Source: Candidatus Nomurabacteria bacterium
GTDB taxonomy: Bacteria; Patescibacteriota; Minisyncoccia; Phycocordibacterales; UBA9973
DNA: 64,000 nucleotides
Reading direction: 5' to 3'
Assembly (NCBI GenBank): GCA_023267215.1
Contig: JAHFNS010000002.1
Coordinates: forward strand, 32,149-96,148
Position numbers and translations under genes: made by a program. Shown here piece after piece: positions 11,486 to 20,782 of this stretch (within the stretch, counting starts at the first letter, position 1; every line of letters starts with the position of its first letter). The notes under the pieces were generated by a model. The model was not told where the DNA came from, ran no database searches, and worked only from the letters and a program-made list of their open reading frames with translations.

Positions 11486-12156
11486 TTATTTATTTTATCA
11501 TTCTTCTCATGCTTTTTCCAATCTTCTATCTTTTTGTGGTCCCCGGATAATAATATTTTAGGTACATTGTATTTCTTTCCTTTATAAACTAATTTTTCTG
11601 GTCGTGTATAAACTTCACTTGAAGAGACTCTTTCTTCTTCTCTTGAATCAAAATTACCAAGTACTCCCTCTATCTGACGAGAAACACAATCGACTAAAAT
11701 CATGGCTGGAATTTCTCCACCAGTTAAAACATAATCCCCTATTGAAAGTTTCTTTGTTTTTAGAATTTTATCTACTCGTGCATCTATACCTTCATATCTT
11801 CCACAAATTAAAACCACATCCGTATATTTTTTAGAAATTGTTTTGGCATAAGTCGTTGTAAACTTTTCTGCGCTGGGTATGAAGTTAATAATTAAAATTT
11901 TCTTTTTGTTTTTTATTTTAGAAACTGCTTTTTCAACAGCTTTTAAAAGTGGCTCTGCTTGCATCACCATCCCCGGACCTCCACCATAAGGTTTATCGTC
12001 TACTGGACGATAGTTGTTTTTTGGAGCTTTAATAAAATCTCGTGGATTATAAAACTTCACAGAAATAAGCTTATTTTTTATCGCCCGCCCAATAATAGAT
12101 TCATTTAAGTATGAATCGAAAATATCTGGAAAGATTGTTATTATGTGAAAACGCAT
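11482..12156 (-). CDS. trmD: tRNA (guanine37-N1)-methyltransferase
   Basis: MRFHIITIFPDIF N-terminus, SPOUT knot region GGEIPAMILVD; rpsP-KH-trmD gene order. Confidence 0.9.
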   Translation of the reverse strand: MRFHIITIFPDIFDSYLNESIIGRAIKNKLISVKFYNPRDFIKAPKNNYRPVDDKPYGGGPGMVMQAEPLLKAVEKAVSKIKNKKKILIINFIPSAEKFTTTYAKTISKKYTDVVLICGRYEGIDARVDKILKTKKLSIGDYVLTGGEIPAMILVDCVSRQIEGVLGNFDSREEERVSSSEVYTRPEKLVYKGKKYNVPKILLSGDHKKIEDWKKHEKNDKINK

Positions 12157-12173
12157 ATTTTATATTATAACAA

Positions 12174-12199
12174 AAATCCCCCTTTCGGGGGATTTTTTA
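12174..12199. terminator. perfect hairpin ATCCCCC-TTTC-GGGGGAT flanked by A/T runs between KH gene and trmD
   Basis: read directly; symmetric so could act on either strand; intra-operon attenuator or processing site possible. Confidence 0.4.
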
Positions 12200-12203
12200 G
12201 CTT

Positions 12204-12527
12204 TTAGATTCCTTTCAAATCTTCCATTGCTTGATCAACTGTCTTCATTGAAGACTCTCCACTTATAGGTCTTGTACCTCCTTCTGGTTCGTTAATCTTC
12301 AAATTGACACGAGCATTGTTCTTCATCCCTATAATACGTAGTAAGGTACGAATAGCTTTTGCAGTATTACCCATTCTTCCAATAATTTTACCCATATCGG
12401 CAGGATTTACTGTCAAACTAATAAGCACTCCCATTTCATCAACAGTACGATCGATCTTTACATCGTTCGGATTGTCTACTAATGCTTTAACTACATACTC
12501 TAGAAATACTTTATCTGCGTCTTGCAT
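12204..12527 (-). CDS. KH-domain RNA-binding protein (YlqC/UPF0109 family)
   Basis: GKIIGRMGNTAKAIRTLL KH motif (GxxG); conserved position between rpsP and trmD. Confidence 0.75.
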   Translation of the reverse strand: MQDADKVFLEYVVKALVDNPNDVKIDRTVDEMGVLISLTVNPADMGKIIGRMGNTAKAIRTLLRIIGMKNNARVNLKINEPEGGTRPISGESSMKTVDQAMEDLKGI

Positions 12528-12621
12528 ATCGTTTAGAAATATATTTTATTTTTAATGTTTGTGCAGCGTTACGACCTTAAGAAATTATTTGCACTGCCTA
12601 CAATAAGTATAACTAATTATT

Positions 12622-12650
12622 TTTTAGCTTTCAACCCCGTCGCTCGCGAG
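12622..12650. terminator. GC-rich hairpin CGTCGCTCGCGAGCGACAG downstream of rpsP
   Basis: near-perfect palindrome read directly; U-tract is on the plus strand (TCTTTTCTTTTATTTC) so orientation ambiguous. Confidence 0.3.
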
Positions 12651-12672
12651 CGACAGGGTCAACTCTTTTCTT

Positions 12673-12981
12673 TTATTTCTTTGCTTTTAATTCCTTTCGT
12701 TTTAAAGTTGGTTTTTTCTTTGGCAAAACATTTTTCTTTTTACCTTCTATCACTTTTTGATGCACCATAAAATTGTGCATTGTATCTGAAAGCTGAGCAC
12801 CTTTTGAAACCCAATATTGAATTCTTTCAGTCTTAAAATTTGTCTCCCCTGCTTTTGGATTATAAGTACCGACTATTTCTAAAAATTTACCACTCTTTGT
12901 ACTATTTTTTGAATCAGTCAAAACAGCCCGAAATGATGGATCGTTCTTCCTGCCGATTCTTTGTAATCTTATTTTTAACAT
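12673..12981 (-). CDS. rpsP: 30S ribosomal protein S16 with Lys-rich C-terminal tail
   Basis: MLKIRLQRIGRKNDPSFRAVLTD canonical S16 N-terminus. Confidence 0.9.
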   Translation of the reverse strand: MLKIRLQRIGRKNDPSFRAVLTDSKNSTKSGKFLEIVGTYNPKAGETNFKTERIQYWVSKGAQLSDTMHNFMVHQKVIEGKKKNVLPKKKPTLKRKELKAKK

Positions 12982-13032
12982 AAAGACAGTCTAACATAAT
13001 TCCCCAAAAAGGCAAACTCATTTAATTTATTG

Positions 13033-13929
13033 TTAAGGTAAACAAATATCATATATTGCCGTTATATTAGTTCCATTTATGTCAAAATTAAGTGTGCGCC
13101 AGTCTGTCATCAATTCTACTGGACCACCTATCCTACCTTTTATATCTGATTTTGCTTGAGTTATATTTTTTTGAACATTAGTAATATAATTTACCGCATT
13201 TTGTAAAACATCAGGCTTTTGGTCAGCTCCACAATTATAAGTTTTTGTATCTTTTGTAACTAGAAGATTTCTAATTTTTGTATTTTGATTAACATAAGGC
13301 CCAGAATCATCTCCAGGTACCCATTTGTGATTTATACTTAATAAATCAACCGCCAGTGTCCACTGATTATTACCTTTGGCTGTTATTGATTTTATTGCAC
13401 CTGGTTGCTTATTAAAAATTTCAGAAGAAATATCTTCCATGTTAGGTTCATCACGACTTATAATAAAATCTTGGAATTTAACTGGAAATAATTCTTTAAC
13501 AGAGTCTCTGTATCCTTCTCCGTCTGCAGCCTCATTATAAGAAATAATTTTATATAATGAGTCGTATTTAAATCTTGCAGGAAAACTACCTCCTGTAATT
13601 AATTTTTGATTATTATCAAATTCACTGCATGATGAAAAAGTGTAGGCAAAATTATTTTCATAACCATATAGTGTAATTTTACAAGTAACTTTGTCATTTT
13701 TATTGACTGGTTTATATGGTCCATTTATTAAAAAAGATTCGATATTTGATTTAAGAGTTGAATCAATATTCTGATTTTCTGCTGGTACTGTCTGAGAATT
13801 ATCCACCACTGTATTTTTAGACACAGAAATATTTTTTGTCCCTAAATAATAAGCTCCACCACCAACAGCTAACACTGCAATTATTGCTAATATAAGACCC
13901 AATCCTATAAAACCTTTATTATTTTTCAT
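13033..13929 (-). CDS. hypothetical membrane-anchored/secreted protein
   Basis: N-terminal TM/signal anchor GFIGLGLILAIIAVLAVGGGAYYLG; no recognisable catalytic motif. Confidence 0.4.
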   Translation of the reverse strand: MKNNKGFIGLGLILAIIAVLAVGGGAYYLGTKNISVSKNTVVDNSQTVPAENQNIDSTLKSNIESFLINGPYKPVNKNDKVTCKITLYGYENNFAYTFSSCSEFDNNQKLITGGSFPARFKYDSLYKIISYNEAADGEGYRDSVKELFPVKFQDFIISRDEPNMEDISSEIFNKQPGAIKSITAKGNNQWTLAVDLLSINHKWVPGDDSGPYVNQNTKIRNLLVTKDTKTYNCGADQKPDVLQNAVNYITNVQKNITQAKSDIKGRIGGPVELMTDWRTLNFDINGTNITAIYDICLP

Positions 13930-13986
13930 ATAAACTAATTATGAACTTTTTATAGAAAATGTAAATAATATGCTATATTTAGCTTA

Positions 13987-15942
13987 ATGAGCAATAAAAA
14001 ACACAAAATTAATAAAACACTGCAAGGAATTATCTCTATTTCTGCTAAAGGCACTGGGTATGTAAAGGTATCAGATTTTGAGGAAGACCCAGAAATTGAT
14101 TTTAAGCATTTAAATACAGCTCTCCACGGCGATATGGTTGAGATTATCTTGCATCCCAAGGGCAAAGGACGCCTGACAGCAGAAGTATCAAAAATAATCT
14201 CTCGTGCGAAGATTGGTTTTTCTGGAGTGTTAGAACCCGCCGACGCTAAAGCTATGGCGGGCAAGAAAGGACATGGAATTTATTTTTTAAAGCCAGATGA
14301 TACAAAGATGTATACAGATATTTTGATACCTGAAAAGATGCTCTCTGGTGCTAAAGCTGGGCAAAAAGTTTATGTAGAAATAAATCTTTGGAAAGACCCA
14401 CAAAAAGCTCCCGAAGGAAAAGTAGTAAAAATTTTAGGGAAACCAGGGGAAAACAATGCCGAAATGTATGCCATAGCTATCGAAAAAGGTTTCAATAGTG
14501 ATTTACCTACAAAAGTAGAGGAAGAAGCAAAAAAAATAAAATCTCTTGGTATTAGAACAGAAGATTATAAAAATCGACGTGATTTTAGAAAAACTCTTAC
14601 TTTTACTATAGACCCAGAAGATGCTAAGGATTTTGATGATGCTATCTCTTTTAAAGAATTAAATAAAGATGAATATGAAATAGGTATACATATAGCTGAC
14701 GTGACTCATTATGTAAAAATAGGAAGTGAGCTTGATAAAGAAGCAAAAAGTAGAGGTACTTCTGTATACCTAGTAGATAGAACAATACCTATGCTCCCAG
14801 AAGCTCTTTCAAATGATTTATGTTCACTAGTACCAAACAAAGACAGACTCACTATGAGTGCAGTTTTTGTTATTGATAAAAATGCACAAGTAAAAAAAGA
14901 ATGGTATGGAAAAACCATCATACATTCTCAAAAAAGATTCACTTACGAAGAAGCAGAAAAATCTATTAAAGAGAGTTCGGCACCACTCCATAAAGAACTT
15001 TCTACTTTGAATAATTTAGCAAAAAAATTAACCAAGGAAAGGTTTGAACAAGGAGCTATCTCCCTTGAACAAGAAGAAGTAAAATTTATCTTGGATAAAA
15101 GTGGTTTACCAGTAAAAGTAATAAAAAAAGTACGAGGTGACTCTAATAAATTAATTGAAGAATTTATGCTATTAGCAAATAAGAAAGTTGCAGAAACCAT
15201 TTCTAAGGGTACAAAAAAAGAAGGTGGTGTATTTGTCTATCGTATCCATGATAATCCCAGTAAAGAAAAAATGGAAGATTTGGCTTTCTTCTTGAGAAGC
15301 TTAGGGCACAAAATATCCTTAGTAAATGGGGCAATACCGACATACGAGATAAATAATCTCCTAAAAAGCTTGGAGGGAAAAAACGAAGCGAATACTGTGC
15401 ATCGAGCTGTTATTCGTTCTATGGCCAAAGCGATTTATTCTACAAAAAATGTTGGACATTATGGACTTGCATTTCCATATTACACCCACTTCACCTCCCC
15501 TATCAGGCGCTACCCAGATATAGTGGTCCATAGACTTTTGACTGACTATTTAAAAGGATTGAAAGTCGGCAAGGAGAAATTAAATATTTATGAAGAAATT
15601 TCTAGATATACATCCGAGCGAGAAAAATTTGCTTCTGATGCAGAGAGAGCTTCTGTAAAATATAAACAAGTCGAATACATGTCTTCTCGTATTTCAAAAG
15701 TGTTCAAAGGAGTTATCAGTGGGATAACAGAATGGGGCATCTATGTAGAAGAAGAAGAAACAAAATGCGAAGGGCTTGTGCGCGTGCGAGATATGGCAGA
15801 TGATTTTTATATTTATAACGAGAGAAAATTAGAATTAGTCGGACAAAAAAAGAAGAAGAAATATCGCTTAGGTGATAACGTGAAAATAAAAGTAAAAAGT
15901 GTTGATTTGGAAAGAAAAACAATAGATTATGTATTAGTATGA
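13987..15942 (+). CDS. rnr: ribonuclease R (RNB-family 3'-5' exoribonuclease with C-terminal S1 domain)
   Basis: RNB catalytic motifs DAKDFDDA, HIADVTHYV, DRTIPMLPE; C-terminal S1-like K-rich domain. Confidence 0.85.
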   Translation: MSNKKHKINKTLQGIISISAKGTGYVKVSDFEEDPEIDFKHLNTALHGDMVEIILHPKGKGRLTAEVSKIISRAKIGFSGVLEPADAKAMAGKKGHGIYFLKPDDTKMYTDILIPEKMLSGAKAGQKVYVEINLWKDPQKAPEGKVVKILGKPGENNAEMYAIAIEKGFNSDLPTKVEEEAKKIKSLGIRTEDYKNRRDFRKTLTFTIDPEDAKDFDDAISFKELNKDEYEIGIHIADVTHYVKIGSELDKEAKSRGTSVYLVDRTIPMLPEALSNDLCSLVPNKDRLTMSAVFVIDKNAQVKKEWYGKTIIHSQKRFTYEEAEKSIKESSAPLHKELSTLNNLAKKLTKERFEQGAISLEQEEVKFILDKSGLPVKVIKKVRGDSNKLIEEFMLLANKKVAETISKGTKKEGGVFVYRIHDNPSKEKMEDLAFFLRSLGHKISLVNGAIPTYEINNLLKSLEGKNEANTVHRAVIRSMAKAIYSTKNVGHYGLAFPYYTHFTSPIRRYPDIVVHRLLTDYLKGLKVGKEKLNIYEEISRYTSEREKFASDAERASVKYKQVEYMSSRISKVFKGVISGITEWGIYVEEEETKCEGLVRVRDMADDFYIYNERKLELVGQKKKKKYRLGDNVKIKVKSVDLERKTIDYVLV

Positions 15943-16958
15943 AAAAACTTTTCTATATATTATTTATCTTTTTCGGATTACTCTTCCCTGTTTTGTATTT
16001 AATGGAAGAAAAAGCTCCAATTCCTCCTGTTAAAGAAAAAGAGAGAACCTCTATAACTCTCTCTTTCGGCGGAGACATAATGCTTGATCGTGGAGTCAAA
16101 AATTCTGTAAATAAAAATTTTAATGGAGATTACTCCACACTTTTTAAAAATTTAGGAATATTAAAAAATTCTGATATTACTTTCGCAAATTTAGAAGGAC
16201 CTGTCTCAGACAAAGGTAAAGATATGCACAATCTATATTCATTTAGAATGAATCCTTCTGTACTTCCTTCTATAAAAAATGCTTCATTTGATATCGTTTC
16301 TGTAGCTAACAATCATGTCGGAGATTGGGGACGTAATGCATACGCTGACACTTTGGCACGCTTAAGAGAAAACGGTATTCTCTATGCAGGAGGAGGAATG
16401 AATGAAACTGAAGCAGAGCAACCAGCTATTATTGAAAAATATGGAATAAAAATAGGCTATTTAGGTTTTTCAGATGTCGGGCCAAATTGGATGAGTGCGA
16501 CCGATAAAGATGCTGGACTTCTCCTCGCAAGTAATCCTCGCTTTTCAGAAATAATTACTAACGCTTCAAAGCAAGTCGATTATTTAATAGTGTCCTTCCA
16601 TTTCGGAGATGAATACAAATTAAAACACAACCAAAGACAAGAATATCTAGCACATAAAGCTATAGATGCGGGAGCAAAAATAATTATTGGTAGTCATCCG
16701 CATGTGGTGGAAGACACAGAAGTTTACAGCCCAAAAGATTGCATTCAAAGTTCGTGCATGGGCTTTATCACTTATTCACTCGGTAATTTTATCTTTGATC
16801 AAGGTTTCTCCCCCGAAACAATGCAAGGTATGTTGCTTGAAATTAAATTAGAAAAAGATGGGAATATGTCTATAACAAAAAATATTGTAAAAATAAACAG
16901 CTTTTTTCAGCCGAGTGAAATAATTAAAGGTGTAGAAGAAAAAGTGGAATTTAAATAA
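15939..16958 (+). CDS. CapA/PGA_cap family metallophosphatase-like protein
   Basis: SFGGDIMLDRGV, ANLEGPV, VANNHVGDWG motifs of CapA family; N-terminal TM anchor; 4-nt overlap with rnr. Confidence 0.7.
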   Translation: MKKLFYILFIFFGLLFPVLYLMEEKAPIPPVKEKERTSITLSFGGDIMLDRGVKNSVNKNFNGDYSTLFKNLGILKNSDITFANLEGPVSDKGKDMHNLYSFRMNPSVLPSIKNASFDIVSVANNHVGDWGRNAYADTLARLRENGILYAGGGMNETEAEQPAIIEKYGIKIGYLGFSDVGPNWMSATDKDAGLLLASNPRFSEIITNASKQVDYLIVSFHFGDEYKLKHNQRQEYLAHKAIDAGAKIIIGSHPHVVEDTEVYSPKDCIQSSCMGFITYSLGNFIFDQGFSPETMQGMLLEIKLEKDGNMSITKNIVKINSFFQPSEIIKGVEEKVEFK

Positions 16959-16967
16959 TATTAAAAA

Positions 16968-17003
16968 AGCCGATGGATTGTGTAAATCTATCGGCTTTTT
17001 TTC
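16968..17003 (+). terminator. rho-independent terminator after capA
   Basis: AGCCGAT..ATCGGCT 7-bp stem followed by TTTTTTTC. Confidence 0.6.
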
Positions 17004-17004
17004 T

Positions 17005-17196
17005 TTAACTTCTCGGTTCTCCTATTAGGATTTTTTGATTATTTCTAATAAAAAAAACTATCCATGCAACAGAACAATTAAAAGTCCAAACGAAAGAAGA
17101 TACTTCCCATTGTTCAGTGTAAGAGAAATAAGCCCCAATTATACATCCTATGAATCCCAAAATGAGCAATAGATTTTTTAATAATTTAATTATCAT
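17005..17196 (-). CDS. small hypothetical membrane protein
   Basis: two hydrophobic helices; no homology recognised. Confidence 0.25.
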   Translation of the reverse strand: MIIKLLKNLLLILGFIGCIIGAYFSYTEQWEVSSFVWTFNCSVAWIVFFIRNNQKILIGEPRS

Positions 17197-17295
17197 GACA
17201 TACCCCTTCCTAGTTTAAATTGTGATTTTTGTGCAAATTTCACTAAGGATACTCTCTCTTTACATGTCAAGTTTTACGTGTTTATATCTTTCTAT

Positions 17296-17325
17296 CCCCC
17301 ATATACGCCATGACTGATATGAGGG
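17296..17325. repeat. degenerate copy of CCATGG-family palindrome (CCCCCATATACGCCATG-AC-TGATATGAGGG)
   Basis: left arm identical to arm of perfect 30-mer at 17743; right arm partially complementary. Confidence 0.6.
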
Positions 17326-17337
17326 AATAAAAAATAA

Positions 17338-17784
17338 TTATACTTTTTTATTATTAATGTAAGATTTAGCTAATTTAAATGTCTTAAAGTTATCCCCTAT
17401 TTTTATTTCCTTCAAATAATCTAAAAAATCTTTTGGCAATGGAGAAGGTCCAACCCAAACACTTTTTTGAATCATTATGTAATTAAATTTTATTAGTTGT
17501 CTTCGAAACCAATCTCTCTCTTTTTTCTTGTCAGCTGGAATGTCATACATCACAATTAAATTTTTAGAAGAATCTTTATTAAAAGGAGAAATAAAAGTAA
17601 CATTATAAAAAGTTCTTTTTCTATTCTTGATTTTTGCACGACTTTCCCTACCTTTTGAAAAAATTGGGATGCCAAAAGAACTAACTCTCATCCCTTTATA
17701 ATAAAATATCTTTTGCGAACTCATAGATAAATTATACACCAATTCCCCCATATACGCCATGGCGTATATGGGGGAACATAACAA
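17338..17784 (-). CDS. PaaX-like C-terminal-domain protein (Cas2-like fold), N-terminus probably over-extended through palindrome
   Basis: LIVMYDIPADKKKERDWFRRQLIKFNYIMIQKSVWVGP resembles the ..IFDIPE..R..LR..L...GF..LQKSVWISP signature of PaaX-like regulators common in CPR; annotated start is TTG inside the 30-nt palindrome. Confidence 0.4.
   Translation of the reverse strand: MLCSPIYAMAYMGELVYNLSMSSQKIFYYKGMRVSSFGIPIFSKGRESRAKIKNRKRTFYNVTFISPFNKDSSKNLIVMYDIPADKKKERDWFRRQLIKFNYIMIQKSVWVGPSPLPKDFLDYLKEIKIGDNFKTFKLAKSYINNKKV
17743..17772. repeat. perfect 30-nt palindrome CCCCCATATACGCCATGGCGTATATGGGGG overlapping 5' end of PaaX-like ORF
   Basis: read directly; self-complementary; shares core TACGCCATGGCGTA with palindromes at 35943 and 53761. 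Confidence 0.9.
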
Positions 17785-17819
17785 CTTTCTATTCTAACAC
17801 TTAGAGTAAGATAATATCT

Positions 17820-20093
17820 CTATTTGGCGATAGCGACAGCATCGTCTAATTTGACAGAGAGAAGCTTGGAAGCACCGTCAGAACCGACGGTGACACCATA
17901 TAATATACCTGCACGAGACATCGTTTCTCTGTTGTGAGTGACGACGATAAGTTGAGAATGGTGTGAAAGTTTTTCCAACATATCTCCATATTTACGAGAG
18001 TTTGCTTCATCGAGTGCTGCATCCGTCTCGTCTAAAACTAAAAATGGAGGAGGATTTACCTGTGACATAGCGAAAAGAAGAGCAATAGAAGTAAGAGATC
18101 TTTCCCCTCCTGAGAGCGCATTTAGTTCTTTTACTTTTTTATGTGGCAAAGAGACATTTATTTCAATACCTTGTTCAAAAGTTATTTCTTCCCCTTCTCC
18201 CTCTTCTTCTTCGCCTTTTCTCTTTTTGTTCTCAATCACCACAGAAAGTTCTGCATGTCCTCCCCCAAACATTAATGAAAAGAAATTAGTGAATTCTACA
18301 TTTATTTTTTTCACACCTTCTTTAAACTCTATATCAATTTTTTCTTTCAAATCCGCCATTAATGCACGAAGCGATTCAATGCTTTTCGCTAAATCTTCCA
18401 TTTCTTTCGCCAAAAAGTTATCTCTCTGTGAAACTTCTTCAAATTCTTTCAATATTTCCGATCCTCCATTTGAACCAACATCTTCCAATTTTATTTTAAT
18501 ACGTTCTATTTTTCTTCTTAATTCTTCTTGGCTATTTCTGTCTACTTCCTCGTTCGTTTCAAAATTCTTATAGGACAAAATTTCAGCACCGATTAAGGCT
18601 CCCCCCTCTTTTATCTCGTTCTCAAAGGTTTCTTCTTCTCTCTTTAAGTTTTCTTCTCTTACAGATATCAAATTCAAAGAAGACGTGAATTCTTGATGCT
18701 TAACTCTATAATCAAATTTCTCTTTCTCTTTCAAATGTAGAGCTTCGTTCTCTTTATTTATTTCACTCTTTAAATGCTCTATTTTTTCAAAAATATTTTT
18801 TTCTTCATCTTTTATATTCTCCATTTCAGTAAAAACTTCTTTTTGCCTGTTTTTTAACTCTGAATTCTCTGGAAATATATTTTCTTCATGGTCTGGCTGG
18901 GATAGCGACCCAGGAATCCGAGGACCTGAAGAAATTATATTTCCAGAGAATTTCTGTAAAATCTCTTTTATCCTTAAAAGGATTATCTTTATTTCTGCTA
19001 TATTTTCTTCTATTATCGCTCCTTCTATTTCCAAAGTTATTTCTTCAAATATCGCTTTTATCTCCTCAGGATTTTTTATTACTACCTCCGGAGCTTTATT
19101 GCTTCTCCTTTCTTCCATCTCTATCATTCCTTCTAATCTTCCCAATTTGCGCTCTATTTCGCTTTTGATATTACGAATACCACGAATCTTTTCTTCCAGA
19201 ATTTTTAATTCTCTTTCCTTCTCGCTTTCCACTCTCTCATTCACTCCATCAATGCTAGATATCTTGTGTTTTATATTTTCAAGCTCTCCTTCTATTTTGC
19301 TCTTTTCGTTAAACAAATTAGACTTCTCTCTATTTAAATAAATACTCTCTTTCTTTAAATATTCTTTATATAAAGACAAAAGAGATACTTGCATCTCTTT
19401 TGCTTTTTCAAATTTATCCACTTGTTTTTTTAAGAAATTTAAATGCGGAGCATTTTCACGACGGAGTAAGGAAACTTCCTTCATGTTATTGTTAGTTCTT
19501 TCTAGTTTGCGTCCTGCTTCTTTTATTTTATATTGATAAATTTTGAGCCCAAGAGCATCTTCTACCATCTCTCTCCTGTCTTTCGAAGAAGCATTTAATA
19601 TTCTATCTGCTTCTCCTTGAGAAATAATATGGTGACCAGAAGAACCGATATTTACAGACGACAAAAGATTGTTAATATCTTTTAATCTTACTTCTGTTCC
19701 ATTTAAAATATATTTATTTAACCCATCAGAGTAGACTTCACGGGAAATTGAAATAGTATCGTAATTTAAATTTATGTTTTCACCTCCTTCTTGGAAGAGC
19801 CTAAAAACCTTATCAGAATTATCAAAATATATTGTGACAGAAGCACGAGAACTTTTTGGTAAAGTCTTGGATCCTTTAAAAATCAAATCGGAACCTGAGC
19901 TTCCTCTCATTGACTTTATTGACTGTTCTCCTAAAACGAAACGGAGAGCCTCTACTACATTTGATTTACCAGAGCCATTTGGACCTACAATAGAAATAAT
20001 CGAATTTTGAAATTCTAAAGTTGTTTTTTTAGAAAAAGATTTAAAGCCATTTATTTCAAGATTCTGAAGTCGCATAAGTATTATTCCATCCAA
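17820..20093 (-). CDS. smc: chromosome segregation protein SMC (short form)
   Basis: Walker A GPNGSGKSN, long coiled coils, signature LSGGERSLTSIALLFA and Walker B LVLDETDAALD. Confidence 0.8.
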   Translation of the reverse strand: MDGIILMRLQNLEINGFKSFSKKTTLEFQNSIISIVGPNGSGKSNVVEALRFVLGEQSIKSMRGSSGSDLIFKGSKTLPKSSRASVTIYFDNSDKVFRLFQEGGENINLNYDTISISREVYSDGLNKYILNGTEVRLKDINNLLSSVNIGSSGHHIISQGEADRILNASSKDRREMVEDALGLKIYQYKIKEAGRKLERTNNNMKEVSLLRRENAPHLNFLKKQVDKFEKAKEMQVSLLSLYKEYLKKESIYLNREKSNLFNEKSKIEGELENIKHKISSIDGVNERVESEKERELKILEEKIRGIRNIKSEIERKLGRLEGMIEMEERRSNKAPEVVIKNPEEIKAIFEEITLEIEGAIIEENIAEIKIILLRIKEILQKFSGNIISSGPRIPGSLSQPDHEENIFPENSELKNRQKEVFTEMENIKDEEKNIFEKIEHLKSEINKENEALHLKEKEKFDYRVKHQEFTSSLNLISVREENLKREEETFENEIKEGGALIGAEILSYKNFETNEEVDRNSQEELRRKIERIKIKLEDVGSNGGSEILKEFEEVSQRDNFLAKEMEDLAKSIESLRALMADLKEKIDIEFKEGVKKINVEFTNFFSLMFGGGHAELSVVIENKKRKGEEEEGEGEEITFEQGIEINVSLPHKKVKELNALSGGERSLTSIALLFAMSQVNPPPFLVLDETDAALDEANSRKYGDMLEKLSHHSQLIVVTHNRETMSRAGILYGVTVGSDGASKLLSVKLDDAVAIAK

Positions 20094-20776
20094 TTTTTTA
20101 TTTTTAATGCATTTAGAGCTGCAGACTGTTCTGCTTCTTGTTTTGACTTTCCTTTTCCCTCCGCTATTAAATTAGGTCCAAATAAAATGCCTACTGTAAA
20201 ATGCTTGTCGTGATCCGGACCTGATTCGTGTAAAACTTTATATAAAGGAGTAACTCCTACAAATTCTTGCGCTTTTTCTTGAACCAAACTTTTGGCATCA
20301 CGCCAAAGTTTTTTCAAAACAATTTCTTCTGTATGTGGTAAAAGAGTAGTACTTATAAATTTTTTTACAACATCATAACCTTGATCTAAATAAACCGCTC
20401 CAATATATGCCTCAAAAGTATTGGCTAAAATATACTGTCTAGCTTTTCCATTATCTTTAGATTCACCTTTAGATAAAAGTAAGTAATCATTCATTCCGAC
20501 TCTTAAAGCCACCTCTGAAATAATAATAGCATTAACTAATGCAGAACGAATAGCGGTTAATTCTCCTTCCGTATAGTTAGGATATTTTTTATAAAGAAAA
20601 TCCGTAACGACAAGTTCAAGTACGGCATCTCCTAAAAATTCTAATCTTTCATTATGAGAAAGATGCACACTTCCATTTTCATTAATATAGGAACGATGTA
20701 TAAAAGCTTGTTTTAATAAATTTTTATCTTTAAAAAATATTTTTGTATCTTTTTCAAAATTTGAAAATTGAATCAT
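20081..20776 (-). CDS. rnc: ribonuclease III
   Basis: RNase III signature ERLEFLGDAVLELVV; C-terminal dsRBD (KGKSKQEAEQSAALNAL). Confidence 0.9.
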   Translation of the reverse strand: MIQFSNFEKDTKIFFKDKNLLKQAFIHRSYINENGSVHLSHNERLEFLGDAVLELVVTDFLYKKYPNYTEGELTAIRSALVNAIIISEVALRVGMNDYLLLSKGESKDNGKARQYILANTFEAYIGAVYLDQGYDVVKKFISTTLLPHTEEIVLKKLWRDAKSLVQEKAQEFVGVTPLYKVLHESGPDHDKHFTVGILFGPNLIAEGKGKSKQEAEQSAALNALKIKNWME

Positions 20777-20782
20777 ATTATT

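Noticed and set aside
17338-17784. Possible Cas2 (YDI..R..Q.SV pattern) suggesting a CRISPR locus
   Set aside because: No CRISPR repeat array or other cas genes anywhere in the window. The motif fits the PaaX-like C-terminal domain (DIP..QKSVW) better.
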